Assembly (NCBI GenBank): GCA_964016885.1 | Contig: OZ024743.1 | Coordinates: forward strand, 324,260,001-324,324,000 | Reading direction: 5' to 3' | DNA from: Eledone cirrhosa | Lineage: Eukaryota | DNA: 64,000 bases | Shown: positions 1 through 11,690 of the stretch, one piece after another | How the letters are laid out: each line of letters opens with the position of its first letter | How positions within the stretch are numbered: position 1 is the stretch's first letter | Program-made: the position numbers and the translations under genes | Notes under the pieces: generated by a model | The model's input: the letters and a program-made list of their open reading frames with translations, nothing else | Told to the model about the DNA's origin: nothing | Databases searched by the model: none

Positions 1-96
1 ACTAAACCGGGACCACCTAGGGATCAGGTGCTCAAGTTGATGAAACAATAATAACTTTAAGTTACAAACCATTAATATATATATATATATATATAT

Positions 97-378
97 GACC
101 GGGTGATGTGTTGTTTCCTTGAGCAAGACACTTTATTTCACATTGCTCCAGTTTACTCAGCTGTAGAAATGAGATGATAGGGACCGGAGTCTCTATCATT
201 CCACTGTAAAGTGGTCGTGGAGGTGCCACGGCAAAAAAGCACCCAGCACTCACTGTAAATGAGGTTGGTGTTAGGAAGGGCATCCAGCTGTAGAAATCAA
301 GCCAGCATCAGTTCCCGTCCCACCCTTGCAAGCAGGGAAAAGCGGACGTAAAACGAAATGATGATGATGATGATGATA
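97..378 (+). mobile_element. 5'-truncated CORE-type SINE with RTE-like 3' tail
   Basis: CORE-like block CCTTGAGCAAGACACTT...CAGTTTACTCAGCTGTAGAAATGAG, then GGTTGGTGTTAGGAAGGGCATCCAGCTGTAGAAA and a (GAT)n tail; near-identical to copies at 1474, 8074, 10279, 26218 and 62513. Confidence 0.85.
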
Positions 379-379
379 T

Positions 380-1112
380 ATATATGAATGTATATATAGT
401 GTATTTTGCAATACACTGTATGCTTAATTAAAAGCATTTTGAAGACAATACGCTATTGTTTTAAAGTAGCGACATTGTCGCTTACTTAAATTTTCGGCAA
501 ACAGGGGAAGATAAGTTGACAGCTCTGTTTCGTACTTTTTGGTACTTATCAAAACTCACTACTCTCCCTGTCTGCCGAAAATTATGTGTGTTGGATTCTT
601 ATAGAATTCCAGTAACAATCAGGAACTGATTATACAGAGCGGTCGCCGGTCCAGCAGAAATTGAAAATTAGAATTGGTGCTCTGAAATAGCGATATATAT
701 ATATGAATGTATATACAGTGTATTTTGCAATACACTGTATGCTTCATTAAAAGCATTTTGAAGACCATACGCTTTTGTTTTAAAGTAGCAACATTGTTGC
801 TTACTTAAATTTTCGGCAGACCCCCTGTCTGGGAATAATCATACCTTATCAGTTGAATATTCATCTGATAAGGTATGATTATCCTTGGCTATGTCAAAAT
901 TTATAAAACACTCTTTGTATTTTATCTGATGAAAGCATACCAAAGTTTTTTGGTACTCTTGAAATATATATAATAGAATAAATATGGTTTTATAAATATA
1001 GTTTCCATTTATTTAATATCATTGAATATTTACTCCAGAAATCTCTCAGGAACTGATTTTACAGAGCGGTCACCGGTCCAGCAGAAATTGAAAATTAGAA
1101 TTGGTGCTCTGA
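380..1112. repeat. Mosaic of duplicated repeat segments, probably Penelope-like terminal-repeat remnants
   Basis: 385-500 is repeated at ~700-820; 621-690 is repeated at ~1047-1112; the same family occurs at 53497-53845; hairpin at 835-881. Confidence 0.6.
918..980 (+). ncRNA. Minimal type-I hammerhead ribozyme motif (family 1)
   Basis: TATTTTAT-CTGATGA-stem II (aagcataccaaa..tttggtactctt)-GAAA-TATATA-TA-ATAGAATA; stem I pairs 8 bp with one G-U. Confidence 0.75.
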
Positions 1113-1119
1113 ACACACA

Positions 1120-1367
1120 CAAAAACAAGATGGCGTAGGACAGAACAAAGGAGAGGCACAAAAACAAAGAAAAGAATCCCACATCACTGAAGAGGTCACA
1201 GAATGTGTGACAAAAGAACTTTGACAATATATGAACAACCGTCCAGTTGTGGAACCAACCAACCAACTGGAAATTTACAAATTTCTTAAATTTATAATAA
1301 ATTGGAGTGAAAGCAACTGGTGCGTGTGTTTCTTATTGGCAACATGACCCTCCCAAAGTATAACAAT
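1120..1367 (+). mobile_element. Solo terminal-repeat remnant of the Penelope-like family at 60.5-62.2 kb, with degenerate hammerhead
   Basis: CTGAAGAGGTCACAGAATGTGTGAC and TTGGCAACATGACC..CAAAGTATAACAAT match 62061-62215. Confidence 0.65.
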
Positions 1368-1473
1368 ATCGGTTTCAACACACGTTTTCAGATAAAGAAT
1401 CTTGCTAAACAAATTCAGAAACGATATATATATATATATATATGATGATGATGATGATGATGATGATATATAT

Positions 1474-1777
1474 ATTGCAATCGAAAGGTTGTGCGTTCAA
1501 TACTCGGACCGGGTGATGTGTTGTTTCCTTGAGCAAGACACTTTATTTCACATTGCTCCAGTTTACTCAGCTGTAGAAATGAGATGATAGGGACTACGGT
1601 CCCTATCATTCCACTGCAAAGTGGTCGTGGAGGTGCCACAGAAAAGAGCACCCAGTACTCACTGTAAATGAGGTTGGTGTTAGGAAGGGCATTCAGCTGT
1701 AGAAATCAAGCCAGAATCAGTTCCTGTCCCACCCTTGCAAGCAGGGAAAAGCGGACATAAAATGATGATGATGATGA
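1474..1777 (+). mobile_element. CORE-type SINE
   Basis: Partial tRNA-like head (B-box-like GTTCAATAC), CORE block, RTE-like tail, (GAT)n. Confidence 0.85.
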
Positions 1778-2064
1778 TATATATATGTTTAATATAGAAA
1801 TGGCTTCTAGTCCTGTAGAAGCCATTCCTATATTAAACATTTATACTCTATGATGCATTGAGTACCTTACTTACTGTGGTTACCCCCGATTGAACCTGGG
1901 ATACACACATATATATAAAGAATAATAAACACCAAAGAGTCAAAAGTTGTCAAACTAACACATGAACCCTACTGCATTGAGCTTTAAACCTTCTGGTTAA
2001 GTAGCAACACTGTTATTATTATTAGAGTTATATATATATATATACAGAGAGAGAGAAAGATTGT

Positions 2065-2119
<55 letters not shown>

Positions 2120-2473
2120 GCTAAGGAAAAGAGAAAAAAGGAGAGTGACAGAATCAGGAATCCAAATGCTAGAAATGTTAAAGTCTTCATGTTACCATCC
2201 AGGAAGAATGATTAATGGGGGAGGTGTACTGTGTGGATTAAGATAACAGATTAGTCTCACATTAAATGTCCCCTATATCCCACCACCCCACCATTACTTG
2301 TCTCCTTAACAATGATTTTTTTTAGTTTGTCACAGGAAATATCCTATACTCTTATCTGTTTTAACTGGTAACATCCTGTAATGATTCAGCAGAAAATATC
2401 TAGAAATAGTCTTGTTGATTCAAATGTCTATACCATATTTATCATGCCAAGAATGGTGACGGGGCATATAGTA

Positions 2474-2543
2474 TCAGTGATGGAAAGACCAGTGGAAACA
2501 TTGTTTCCTTCGTCCAATCTGATAATCAGCTCCTTTACTTTCC
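2474..2543 (-). CDS. Candidate terminal coding exon of a minus-strand host gene (ESKGADYQIGRRKQCFHWSFHH*)
   Basis: Acceptor ...ttatgtaaatAG; first base G completes the TG left by exon 7667-7702 as TGG; unique sequence. Confidence 0.3.
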
Positions 2544-2637
2544 CTATTTACATAACAGAAATATATTTATGAAGATTTTATATTTCATTTATATCTTTCC
2601 AGTTTTTGTATTTGAAAACGAATTTCTCTGTGTGTGT

Positions 2638-3210
2638 ATCATCATCATATGTCCATTCGTCCACACTAGCATGAGTTAGACGGGTTGTCCTGTTGTGGGT
2701 AATGCTAGGTCGGGTGACCATGTCTTGCTCATATAGGAACTGATTTGGGCTTAATTTCTACAGCTGGATGCCCTTCCTAACACCAACCTCATTTACAATG
2801 AGTACTGGGTGCTTTTTTACTGTGGTGCCTACACGACCACTCTACAGTGTGGACTGAGTGCCTTTTTGTCGTGACACCTCCACGACCACTTTGCAGTGGG
2901 AGAGGGTGGGACATATTGTCTATATGTGTACCAGTGGGAAGTCAGGTCTTCTGTATTACTGCGTAATGCCAGAGGGCTCAGTCCTGTGTCATCGCCTTTG
3001 AGAGGGGCAATTGGGCAAGGTCAGCTTTTATCACCTCATCCCAAGTCTTCTTGGGTCTTCCCACTCCAAGGCTTCCATTGACTTCCACTGCACCTTTTTA
3101 TGCAGCTGTCATCCTTCATACACATCACATGTCCATACCAACTCAACCTCCTCTCCTGCACACAGCATCTGATTCCTCTTATGCTCAGTCTCTCTCTCAA
3201 TTCGTTTATG
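2638..3210 (-). mobile_element. RTE LINE 3' fragment (RT C-terminus plus 3' UTR)
   Basis: Homologous to 19966-20550; minus strand encodes RGIRCCVQERRLSWYGHVM; ends in (GAT)n. Confidence 0.85.
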
Positions 3211-3402
3211 CTTATATATATATATATATATCATAGAGTATCTTTACTTGAGAAGAGATCATTCCCAAAATTTCCAGTATTAGAGTGAAGATTTTAATAT
3301 TTAACTTGATGCTGTCAGAGTGCTGTTTTGTACTTAAGAATGTCTTGCTAATGTGGTACATGCCATTAAGAGTTAATCCAAACTACCATTCTTTGACATA
3401 AA

Positions 3403-3590
3403 TAATTGTTTCTACTTTTGGCACAAGGCCAGCAATTACCCAGTGAATTACTGGTACTTTATTTTATCAACCCCGTAAGGATGAAAGGCAAAGTTAACCT
3501 CGGCGGGATTTGAACTCAGAATGGCAAGGGCTATAACTCTATGCGTCAAAGCATGGTGTCCGACTCTCTACCGATACTGCCAATCCACCA
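3403..3590 (-). mobile_element. Meta-domain-type tRNA SINE
   Basis: Reverse complement contains GAGGTTAACTTTGCCTTTCATCCTTACGGGGTTGATAAAATAAAGTACCAG; flanked by direct repeat ACATAAATAAT (likely TSD). Confidence 0.85.
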
Positions 3591-4079
3591 ACATAAATAA
3601 TGACTTTAAAGTATCAGAAATGTATACAAATATATGCAATTTAATTAAAAAGGTAATAATTTTCACTGATCAATAAATAAATCACTAAACATTTGTGTTG
3701 CATAACAGCATTGAGGAAATATCAAAAATGTTAGAGAAGGTTGTATGGTGTTATCACCAGTCACATGACTTGGCATGAGTGAGTGTGGATTGTGTAGTGG
3801 AAAATACAGGCTTAGTAACTTTCTTAGTGTAGGCAGAGCAAAAAGTGTAAAAAAAAAAACTAGGTTTGTCAGCTTACCAAACAGTAAATTAGCATTGGCA
3901 CTAAATAACTATCCTACCACTTCCAGCCATGTAAATGAAATTAATCATAAATATTCCAACTTAATAAGAAAACATTGTAAAACACTAAGTTAGGAGAGAT
4001 CCCACTGTGGGAGATATTTAGCAAGTGTCTTTACCATAGCCTCACATTCACCTAGGTATTGTGTGTGAAATAAGGTAGA

Positions 4080-4296
4080 TTAACCCTTTAGCATTTACAT
4101 TACTCTATATTTATTATTGTATCTTCACAGTAAAGGCTTTACCTCACATAATATTAAATTTAGGAGATTTTGATATTATTTATTTTGAGAACAATACCTT
4201 AACAAAAGTATGAGCAGCTGGTTATGGTTGGTTTGAACAGAAGGCAGTGAGAGAATTCTGGCCAGATATGGCTTAGTTTAAATGCTAAAGGTTTAA
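4080..4296. mobile_element. piggyBac-like MITE, copy 1
   Basis: TTAA-CCCTTTAGCATTTA ... TAAATGCTAAAGGT-TTAA terminal inverted repeats. Confidence 0.7.
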
Positions 4297-4588
4297 AACT
4301 ATTTTGAAGACCATCAGATGGACTTTACTTGTAATTCCAAAGTCTAGTCTTGCCACATATTGTTTCATGCTGATTCAGCTTGGGAATTATATTAGGTGTA
4401 CAATGGTGGTGCCCTAGCATGGCCTCAGCCTGTTGGCTGGAACACATAATAGAGTAATAGAGTATCTATAGAATATTCAACTACTTGCACTATACTACAC
4501 GATGGAGATGGACTGTACCTGTAATTCAAAGGTCTAGCCTTGTCATAAATTGTTAAAAGTACATGCCTACTTCTGCTTGAGAATTATG

Positions 4589-4807
4589 TTAACCCTTTAG
4601 CATTTACTTTACTCTATATTAACTATTGTATTTTCATGGTGAAGGCTTTATCTCACATAATTATCTCACATAATATCGAATCTATGAGATTTTGATATTT
4701 TTTATTTTGAGAACAATACCTTAACAACAGTATGACTGTCCAGTTTGAACAGAAAGAGGTGAGAGAATTCTGGCCTCATACGGCTGGTTTAAATGGTAAA
4801 GGGTTAA
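4589..4807. mobile_element. piggyBac-like MITE, copy 2
   Basis: TTAA-CCCTTTAGCATTTA ... TAAATGGTAAAGGG-TTAA; interior homologous to 4080-4296. Confidence 0.75.
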
Positions 4808-4899
4808 AGAATTTACAGAATACTCAGTCAATTAAGGATACTTAGCCACTTGCACATTAACTTCCCCAATTTTACTTTATTGTTAGCATCCCCTCACCA

Positions 4900-5500
4900 A
4901 TGCACTAACTTTCATTTCTTCCTCTATCATTTTTAACCCTCTTTTTCTGAGTCTTTCCTTCTTCTACATCCTTCCAAATTCACTTCCATCACTTCTATAA
5001 TCCAGTCACTTTCATCCTTCCTCATCACATGACCCAACCATCTCATTCCATTTTCATCACAACATTCTTCACTGGCTCTATTTCTCTCACCCAGTCACTT
5101 TCATCCTTCCTCATCACATGACCCAACCATCTCATTCTATTTCTCTTCACAACATTCATCACTGGCTCTATTTCTCTCACCCAGTCACTTTCATCCTTCC
5201 TCATCACATGACCCAACCATCTCATTCCATTCTCATCACAACATTCATCACTGGCTCTATTTCTCTCACCCAGTCACTTTCATCCTTCCTCATCACATGA
5301 CCCAACCATCTCATTCCATTCACATCACAACATTCATCACTGGCTCTATTACTCCAGCGATACTTCACTCAAGCACCAAACTATTGACAGTTCTTTCCAT
5401 ATTTCTCCTCAGCTCCATGTTCATCACACACGTCTCAACTCCCATAAATTATGACACAGTTAAACGTCATAAACAAAATTCAGTACAGCATTGCTTTTCA
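4900..5500 (-). mobile_element. Old RTE-type RT C-terminal fragment containing a ~90-bp tandem repeat (about 4 copies)
   Basis: Minus strand encodes repeated RWLGHVMRKDESDWV; unit CCAGTCACTTTCATCCTTCC... recurs at ~5002, 5091, 5182 and 5270. Confidence 0.75.
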
Positions 5501-5635
5501 GCCAATTAGGATTAATAAAATGGTACCGGTAATACAAATAGGTTGATGTAATAGACTATGTAACTAAACCTTGTAATAATAGATTTGTAATTCATCAAAG
5601 GATATTGATCTTTTACATAAGCTCTATCGATATAT

Positions 5636-5672
<37 letters not shown>

Positions 5673-6498
5673 TGTGTGTGTATCCTAGTAGTTACACACT
5701 GCAACTGCAGAGAAATTCTTAGATCATATGTGAGTGAGTGTGTACCATAAACGTCCATTTTTCCATGCTGCCATATATATATATATAACCCATGCAAGCA
5801 CACAGAAGTAGATATAAAACAGTGATGATGACACACACACACACACATACACACACATATATATATATATATATATAAAGAGAAAGATATATATATATTC
5901 CCATATATAGATAGTCCCACCCTTGCAAGCAGGGAAAAGCAGACGTAAAATGAAATGATGATGATGATGATGATATTCATACACACGCACACATGTTTTC
6001 ACAGTCTAAACATAAGAGAAACAGCAATATTTCTCATCTTCTAACATGGAGGAATGGGGGGAAATAACTATCAAAGGACTGAACACAGAAACACTTTGAT
6101 ATGATTGAAATTTTTAAGTGTCTTTGTATCATCACTGCTCACGGACATACCTTTTTACTTCTTTTTATTGGTAGATGTTTCTACTTTACTCTGTCCTGGC
6201 TATTCACAGCATATCTTGCCCACAGCATATGTTTTTGTCTTTAGTACTTGTATATATGTGTTGATGTGCACTGGCTCATTGTTAGTGTGTGTGTTTGTTA
6301 GTGTGTGAGATTATGTTCTTGCATCTATCAATGTGTGAATATGCATGTGCACATGTGCAAGTGTACACTTGCACATGTGCATGAACAAGTGCATTGTATG
6401 TGAATGGTTTAAGCAGGTATGTTTGTGCATGTGGCTGTGCTGGTGTGCAGCAACAGGTTTTCATATATTTTTGCATCTTATATCTGAAGAACTTTGTT

Positions 6499-6690
<192 letters not shown>

Positions 6691-7088
6691 CTAGCCGAAT
6701 TACCCGCGCCTTGCTGCGTTTCACACATTTTTTTTTGTAAGAAAACGATGATTGATTTTAAATTAGTGATATAATTTATGGAGAAAAACTCCATTAGGGT
6801 GTCTTAATATTATTGAAATTTGCTGAAATTTTGTGAATAGGCACCATATCTTGTCATTTACCTATGGTTTAAGTTTCATATAAATCGAAGGGAAACAATT
6901 TTCAGCGAGGGTTTGTGCCCCCGGGGAACCCTTTGATTAAAATGAAATATACTTATCCAAGTACCCTGGGCAATGTAGTTTCAGAATATATATGGTTATG
7001 GGGGTCTATCTCCAAAACCATAGGAGGAGTTCATGAACAAACAAACAAACAAACAAACAGACAGGAACTACAACTTTATATATATAGA
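6691..7088 (-). mobile_element. Non-autonomous Helitron-like element
   Basis: Minus strand starts TCTATATATATAAAG then (GTTT)n; ends in GC-rich hairpin CGCAGCAAGGCGCGGG followed by CTAG. Confidence 0.7.
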
Positions 7089-7299
7089 TATGTATGTATA
7101 TATATATACCTATAAACATGGTTGAGTGGTTAAGAAGTTTGCTTCACAATCATGAAGCCCCATGTTCAATCCCAGTGCATGGCGCCTTAAGTAACTTCCT
7201 TTTACGATAGCTTCAGATTATCCCAAGCTTTCTGAGTAAAGCTAGGTGGACAGAAACTGCAGAAGCTCATCATACACAGCACCGTACACAATAATTTCA

Positions 7300-7330
<31 letters not shown>

Positions 7331-7666
7331 TATAAGGCCCTAAGTTCAATCACACTTTGGGGCATCTTGGGCAGGTAAAACATATTTTACCTTAGCTTTG
7401 GATTGCTCCAGCCTTGAGTAGACAGAAAAAAAAAAGAATATGTGGAAGCCAATTAGAGGTATTGTAGATGAAATTCAACAGTCTAACTTTGTCACATGCA
7501 GCATTTCACTGATGTGATATTTGTGGAATACTCAGCCACTTGCATGTTAATTTAATGAAGCAATAACACAGTTGATCAAACATCAGAACACCCATCACTG
7601 AAATCAATCAAAGTTCCATCTTATATCTATGTATTCTTGTGGTTAAAGGTTAAAAGTTAGAGTTAC

Positions 7667-7702
7667 CATGTTTTTCCCATGATTTCACAGGCTGGAAGAT
7701 GC
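7667..7702 (-). CDS. Candidate 36-nt coding exon (HLPACEIMGKT)
   Basis: Acceptor aattttcAG, donor GTaact; phase 2/2, compatible with neighbouring candidate exons. Confidence 0.35.
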
Positions 7703-8073
7703 CTGAAAATTATTCCACTTTCACAGGTGACTGACTTTGAGTACCCCCAGCCCCTCCTGAATGGGACACCAGTCTATCAAATGGTTAATGCCCAGCTGCA
7801 ACTGGTACCTGTACTCAGCTGAGTGAATTGAAGCAATGTAAATAAAGTGGCTTGCTCAAGACACATCATCACTCAGTCTGGAAATTGAACCTTTGGCCTA
7901 ATGATCATAAGCCCCACACCTTAACCACTAGGCTACATACCTTCCCTTATTGTTCAATCTATTATAAAGACATAGACACAGTATGGTCAAATAATTAAGA
8001 TGTTCACTTCACAATCATGAATGAGAGTATGGTAAAAGAGACATAAGAATCTATTGTTCCATCTCTTTACATT

Positions 8074-8420
8074 CATCATCATCATCATCATCATCATCAT
8101 TTTACGTCCGCCTTTCCCTGCTTGCAAGGGTGGGACAGGAACTGATTCTGGCTTGATTTCTACAGCTGGATGCCCTTCCTAACACCAACCTCATTTACAG
8201 TGAGTGCTGGGTGCTTTTTTGCCGTGGCACCTCCACGACCACTTTGCAGTGGAATGATAGGGACCCCAGTCCCTATCATCTCATTTCTACAGCTGAGTAA
8301 ACTGGAGCAATGTGAAATAAAGTGTCTTGCTCAAGGAAACAACACATCACCCGGTCTGAGAATTGAACTCACAACCTTTCGATTGCAAGGCCAATGCTCT
8401 AACCACTAAGCCATGTGCCT
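8074..8420 (-). mobile_element. Full-length CORE-type tRNA SINE
   Basis: A-box TGGCTTAGTGG, B-box GAGTTCAATTCTC, CORE block, RTE-like tail, (GAT)n. Confidence 0.9.
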
Positions 8421-8739
8421 GAATTCAAAACCTACTGCGGTTAACTTTGCCTTTCATCCTTACGCAGTCTGTAAAATAATGCAACAGTCAATTACTGGGG
8501 TCAATTTAATTGGCCCCCATCACACACACATCACTGGTCTTTGACTTAAATAAGAAATTGCAATTGTTCTGCTTCCTTAGATAATTATTTTAGTAACAAT
8601 TGTGAAGGTGTGTGACCAAGTCCTTAGAGTGTTATTGCAAAGGTGTTGAACTCATTACAAGGTTAAGATTTCAATTCTTGGATGATGCAGTGCACCGTGC
8701 TCTTCATTTCACATTGCTTTTCATAATAGGATTGGAGTC

Positions 8740-9250
8740 TTTATTAAAACTCCTTAGAAGCTTCTTATGAGAGACAACCTTGTAGGAGGTCAGCTAAACC
8801 TACATAGGTATGAGCTGTAGTAACAACAACATAAGACTGGGGTCTGTATTAAAACACCCAAGAAACCTCCTATGAGATGCCATCATATAGAAGGCTAGCT
8901 AAACCTACATAGGTGTAAACTGTAATAACATGACAGGACTGGAGCTCTTATCATTAAAATACACCAGAAACCTCCTATGAGATGCAACCTTGTAAGACGC
9001 CAGCTAAACCTACATAGATGTGAGCTGTAGTGACAACAACATGATAAGACTAGAGCCCTTATCATTAAAACTCCAATGAAGCTTCCCTTGAGATACAATC
9101 ATGTAGGAGGTTAGCTAAACCTACATAAGTGTGAGCTGTAACAACAATACGATAAGACTAGGGCCATTATCATTAAAACACCCAAGAAACTTCCTATGAG
9201 ATACAACCTTGTAGGAGGCCAGCTAAACCTACATAAGTATGAACTGTAAT
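8740..9250. repeat. Diverged tandem repeat, ~105-110 bp x 5
   Basis: AGCTAAACCTACATA recurs at ~8792, 8897, 9002, 9112 and 9221. Confidence 0.9.
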
Positions 9251-9700
9251 TTATCCAACCCATGCCAGCATGGAAACTGGAGGTAAAATGATAATATTTT
9301 GGAACTTTCCATGATTATTTCAGCCACAATAAAAAATTTGTAATCTATTTAAATTTGATATAATTTAATTGAAGCTTATCAACCAAGTTCCAGAAAAGAT
9401 AAGTATTTAAAATGTCATCATACTCTTCAATGCATTGGTGCATTAACCCTTTCTAGAAATGTCCAATAATACTTAGATGATGATAATGATGAAGATGATG
9501 ATGATGGTTTTAGTGGTGGTGGCTCTTGCATTGGTGATGCTGATGGTGGTGATGGTGGTTGATGGTAGAGGTGGTGATTGATGACAAGGACGATGATGTT
9601 GATGATTACAGAGCTCCAGAAAAGTAAATACACATAAATAAATAAACAAACAAATAAATGAATAGCTGAGACAAAAACAAAAACAAAAAAAACCTAATAC

Positions 9701-9818
9701 CGCCATTTACAGAAGTAGGTACATAGTATTAAGTGTTTCTCATGATGTAATTGTAAACCGGAGCAGAATCGATAGAGATTCTGGTGAAATGTTCCTACTA
9801 GCAATGACCTGACCCTAG
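9701..9818 (-). CDS. Candidate coding exon (RVRSLLVGTFHQNLYRFCSGLQLHHEKHLILCTYFCKW), Sfi1-repeat-like motif
   Basis: Strong polypyrimidine acceptor ctctctccatctctcccAG; open 118-nt frame; GT donor (gtatta); IL-x3-F-x2-WR motif. Confidence 0.45.
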
Positions 9819-10190
9819 CTGGGAGAGATGGAGAGAGATAGAAAGAGTGTGTGTGTGCGTGTGTGTGCATGTGTGTGCATGTGTGTGCATGTGTTTGCCA
9901 TCTATCGACATCAGCCAATAAACCTATCTGATTGATCATTGATCTGAGGGTATATTCAACAATTCAATTATTCTGTTCCTCAAGCTTTGGTGTTGTTATA
10001 TGTATACTTGCATGGGTGTATACATATATATATATATATAGAAAGAGAGAGGGAGAGACAGATACACAATATACACGTATGTGTGTGTGCGTACACATAT
10101 ATACACATACACATTTAGATATTCAGTTGTTTATACATATATCATCACCATTCATTGTCATTTTAACATCAGCTTTCCCTGCTAGCAAGG

Positions 10191-10239
<49 letters not shown>

Positions 10240-10278
10240 CCTTATCTAAAATTTAGACCTCATTACCTAACGATCATT

Positions 10279-10585
10279 CATCATCATCATTTCATTTTAC
10301 GTCCGCTTTTCCCTGCTTGCAAGGGTGGGACGGGAATTGATTCTGGCTTGATTTCTACAGCTGGATGCCCTTCCTAACACCAACCTCATTTACAGTGAGT
10401 GCTAGGTGTTTTTTTTGCCATGGCACCTCCACGACCACTTTGCAGTGGAATGATAGGGACCCCAGTCCCTATCATCTCATTTCTATAGCTGAGTAAACTG
10501 GAGCAATGTGAAATAAAGTGTCTTGCTCAAGGAAACAACACATCACCCGGTCTGAGAATTGAACTCACAACCTTTCGATTGCAAG
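10279..10585 (-). mobile_element. CORE-type SINE
   Basis: Reverse complement matches the 8074-8420 family. Confidence 0.88.
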
Positions 10586-10829
10586 ATATATATATATATA
10601 TCGTTAGGTAATGAGGTATTACTAAATTCTAGATAAGGTTTACATAACCTTCATGTCAGAGAAATTCTGTTCTGCTATTCTTCTTCTGGCCTCCACTAAC
10701 TACAGTTATTTATTCATTAATATATACCTTTTTAAAACAGTATATTTTGATTTCTCTAAAAGCTCTCCTTTTCTCAATCTCAAAATCACACCCACTCTTA
10801 CATTGAGCCAGAGACAAAGAGACAGTCCA

Positions 10830-11418
10830 TGCACTGGAAACACCCCTCCTCACCTGCTCCAAAGAAGGACAACATTGTTTCAACTTCAGGGAAGGTGATG
10901 GCCTCAGTTTTATGGGATGAAAAACACAGTGTGCGTATTGACTATCTTCAAAAGGGTCACACCATCAACAGAGAGTACTAAGCCAACTTGCTAAGGCAGT
11001 TATGAAAGGCTATCAAGACCAAATGCCTAGGGAAACTGATGAATGGCGTTTTGTTTCATGAGGACAATGCTCCAGCAGACAACCCTAGGTTTCAGTGTCT
11101 GCTGTGCATGGTTGTGACTTTGAACTGGTTGAACACCCTCATTCTCCTGATCTGGACTCATCTCCCTATCATCTGTTCCCCATGAAAAAACACTTAGCTG
11201 GGAACCAGTATCACAGTGATGATGATGTCATATCTGCTATTGATGACTTTTTTTACTAACAGGATGAAAGCTTTTTACCAATGGGATCTAAGCACTGCAA
11301 CGTTGATGGAAGAAGTGTGTGGACTGTAAGGGGGATTATGTGGAAAAATAAACCTCATTAGGACACATTCCATGAGAGTATCTTGGTCAGCCTATGAACC
11401 TTTCTGCCAACCCTCATA
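10830..11418 (+). pseudogene. Degenerate mariner (Tc1/mariner) transposase C-terminal half and right end
   Basis: Translates across stops and frameshifts to GKVMASVLWD..IDYLQKGHTIN..VLFHEDNAPA..HP.SPDL..MKKHLAG..WKKCVDCKGDYVEK*. Confidence 0.85.
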
Positions 11419-11690
11419 GTCTACCAAAGAGAGACAGAAGAAAAATGACAGATGAGTGCATGTACACACACTTATAAATATAAAGATGCACAAATACACA
11501 CACAGATATCTATACAAAAATACATCCACACAAACATAATTACACTCATTTGCACACTCTAACACATACACACACACTATGAAAATGTGCTTTACAGAAG
11601 CCTAAACCATCACATTTAATGATGCATAACAGGTCAGTGAAGTCACACAGGTCAAGGTTCATCTTTGATTTAGGGCAATGATGGATATCA

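Noticed and set aside
62-283. Recurrent small ORF family (PIISFLQLSKLEQCEIKCLAQG)
   Set aside because: Antisense reading of the CORE-SINE; stops and starts vary between copies
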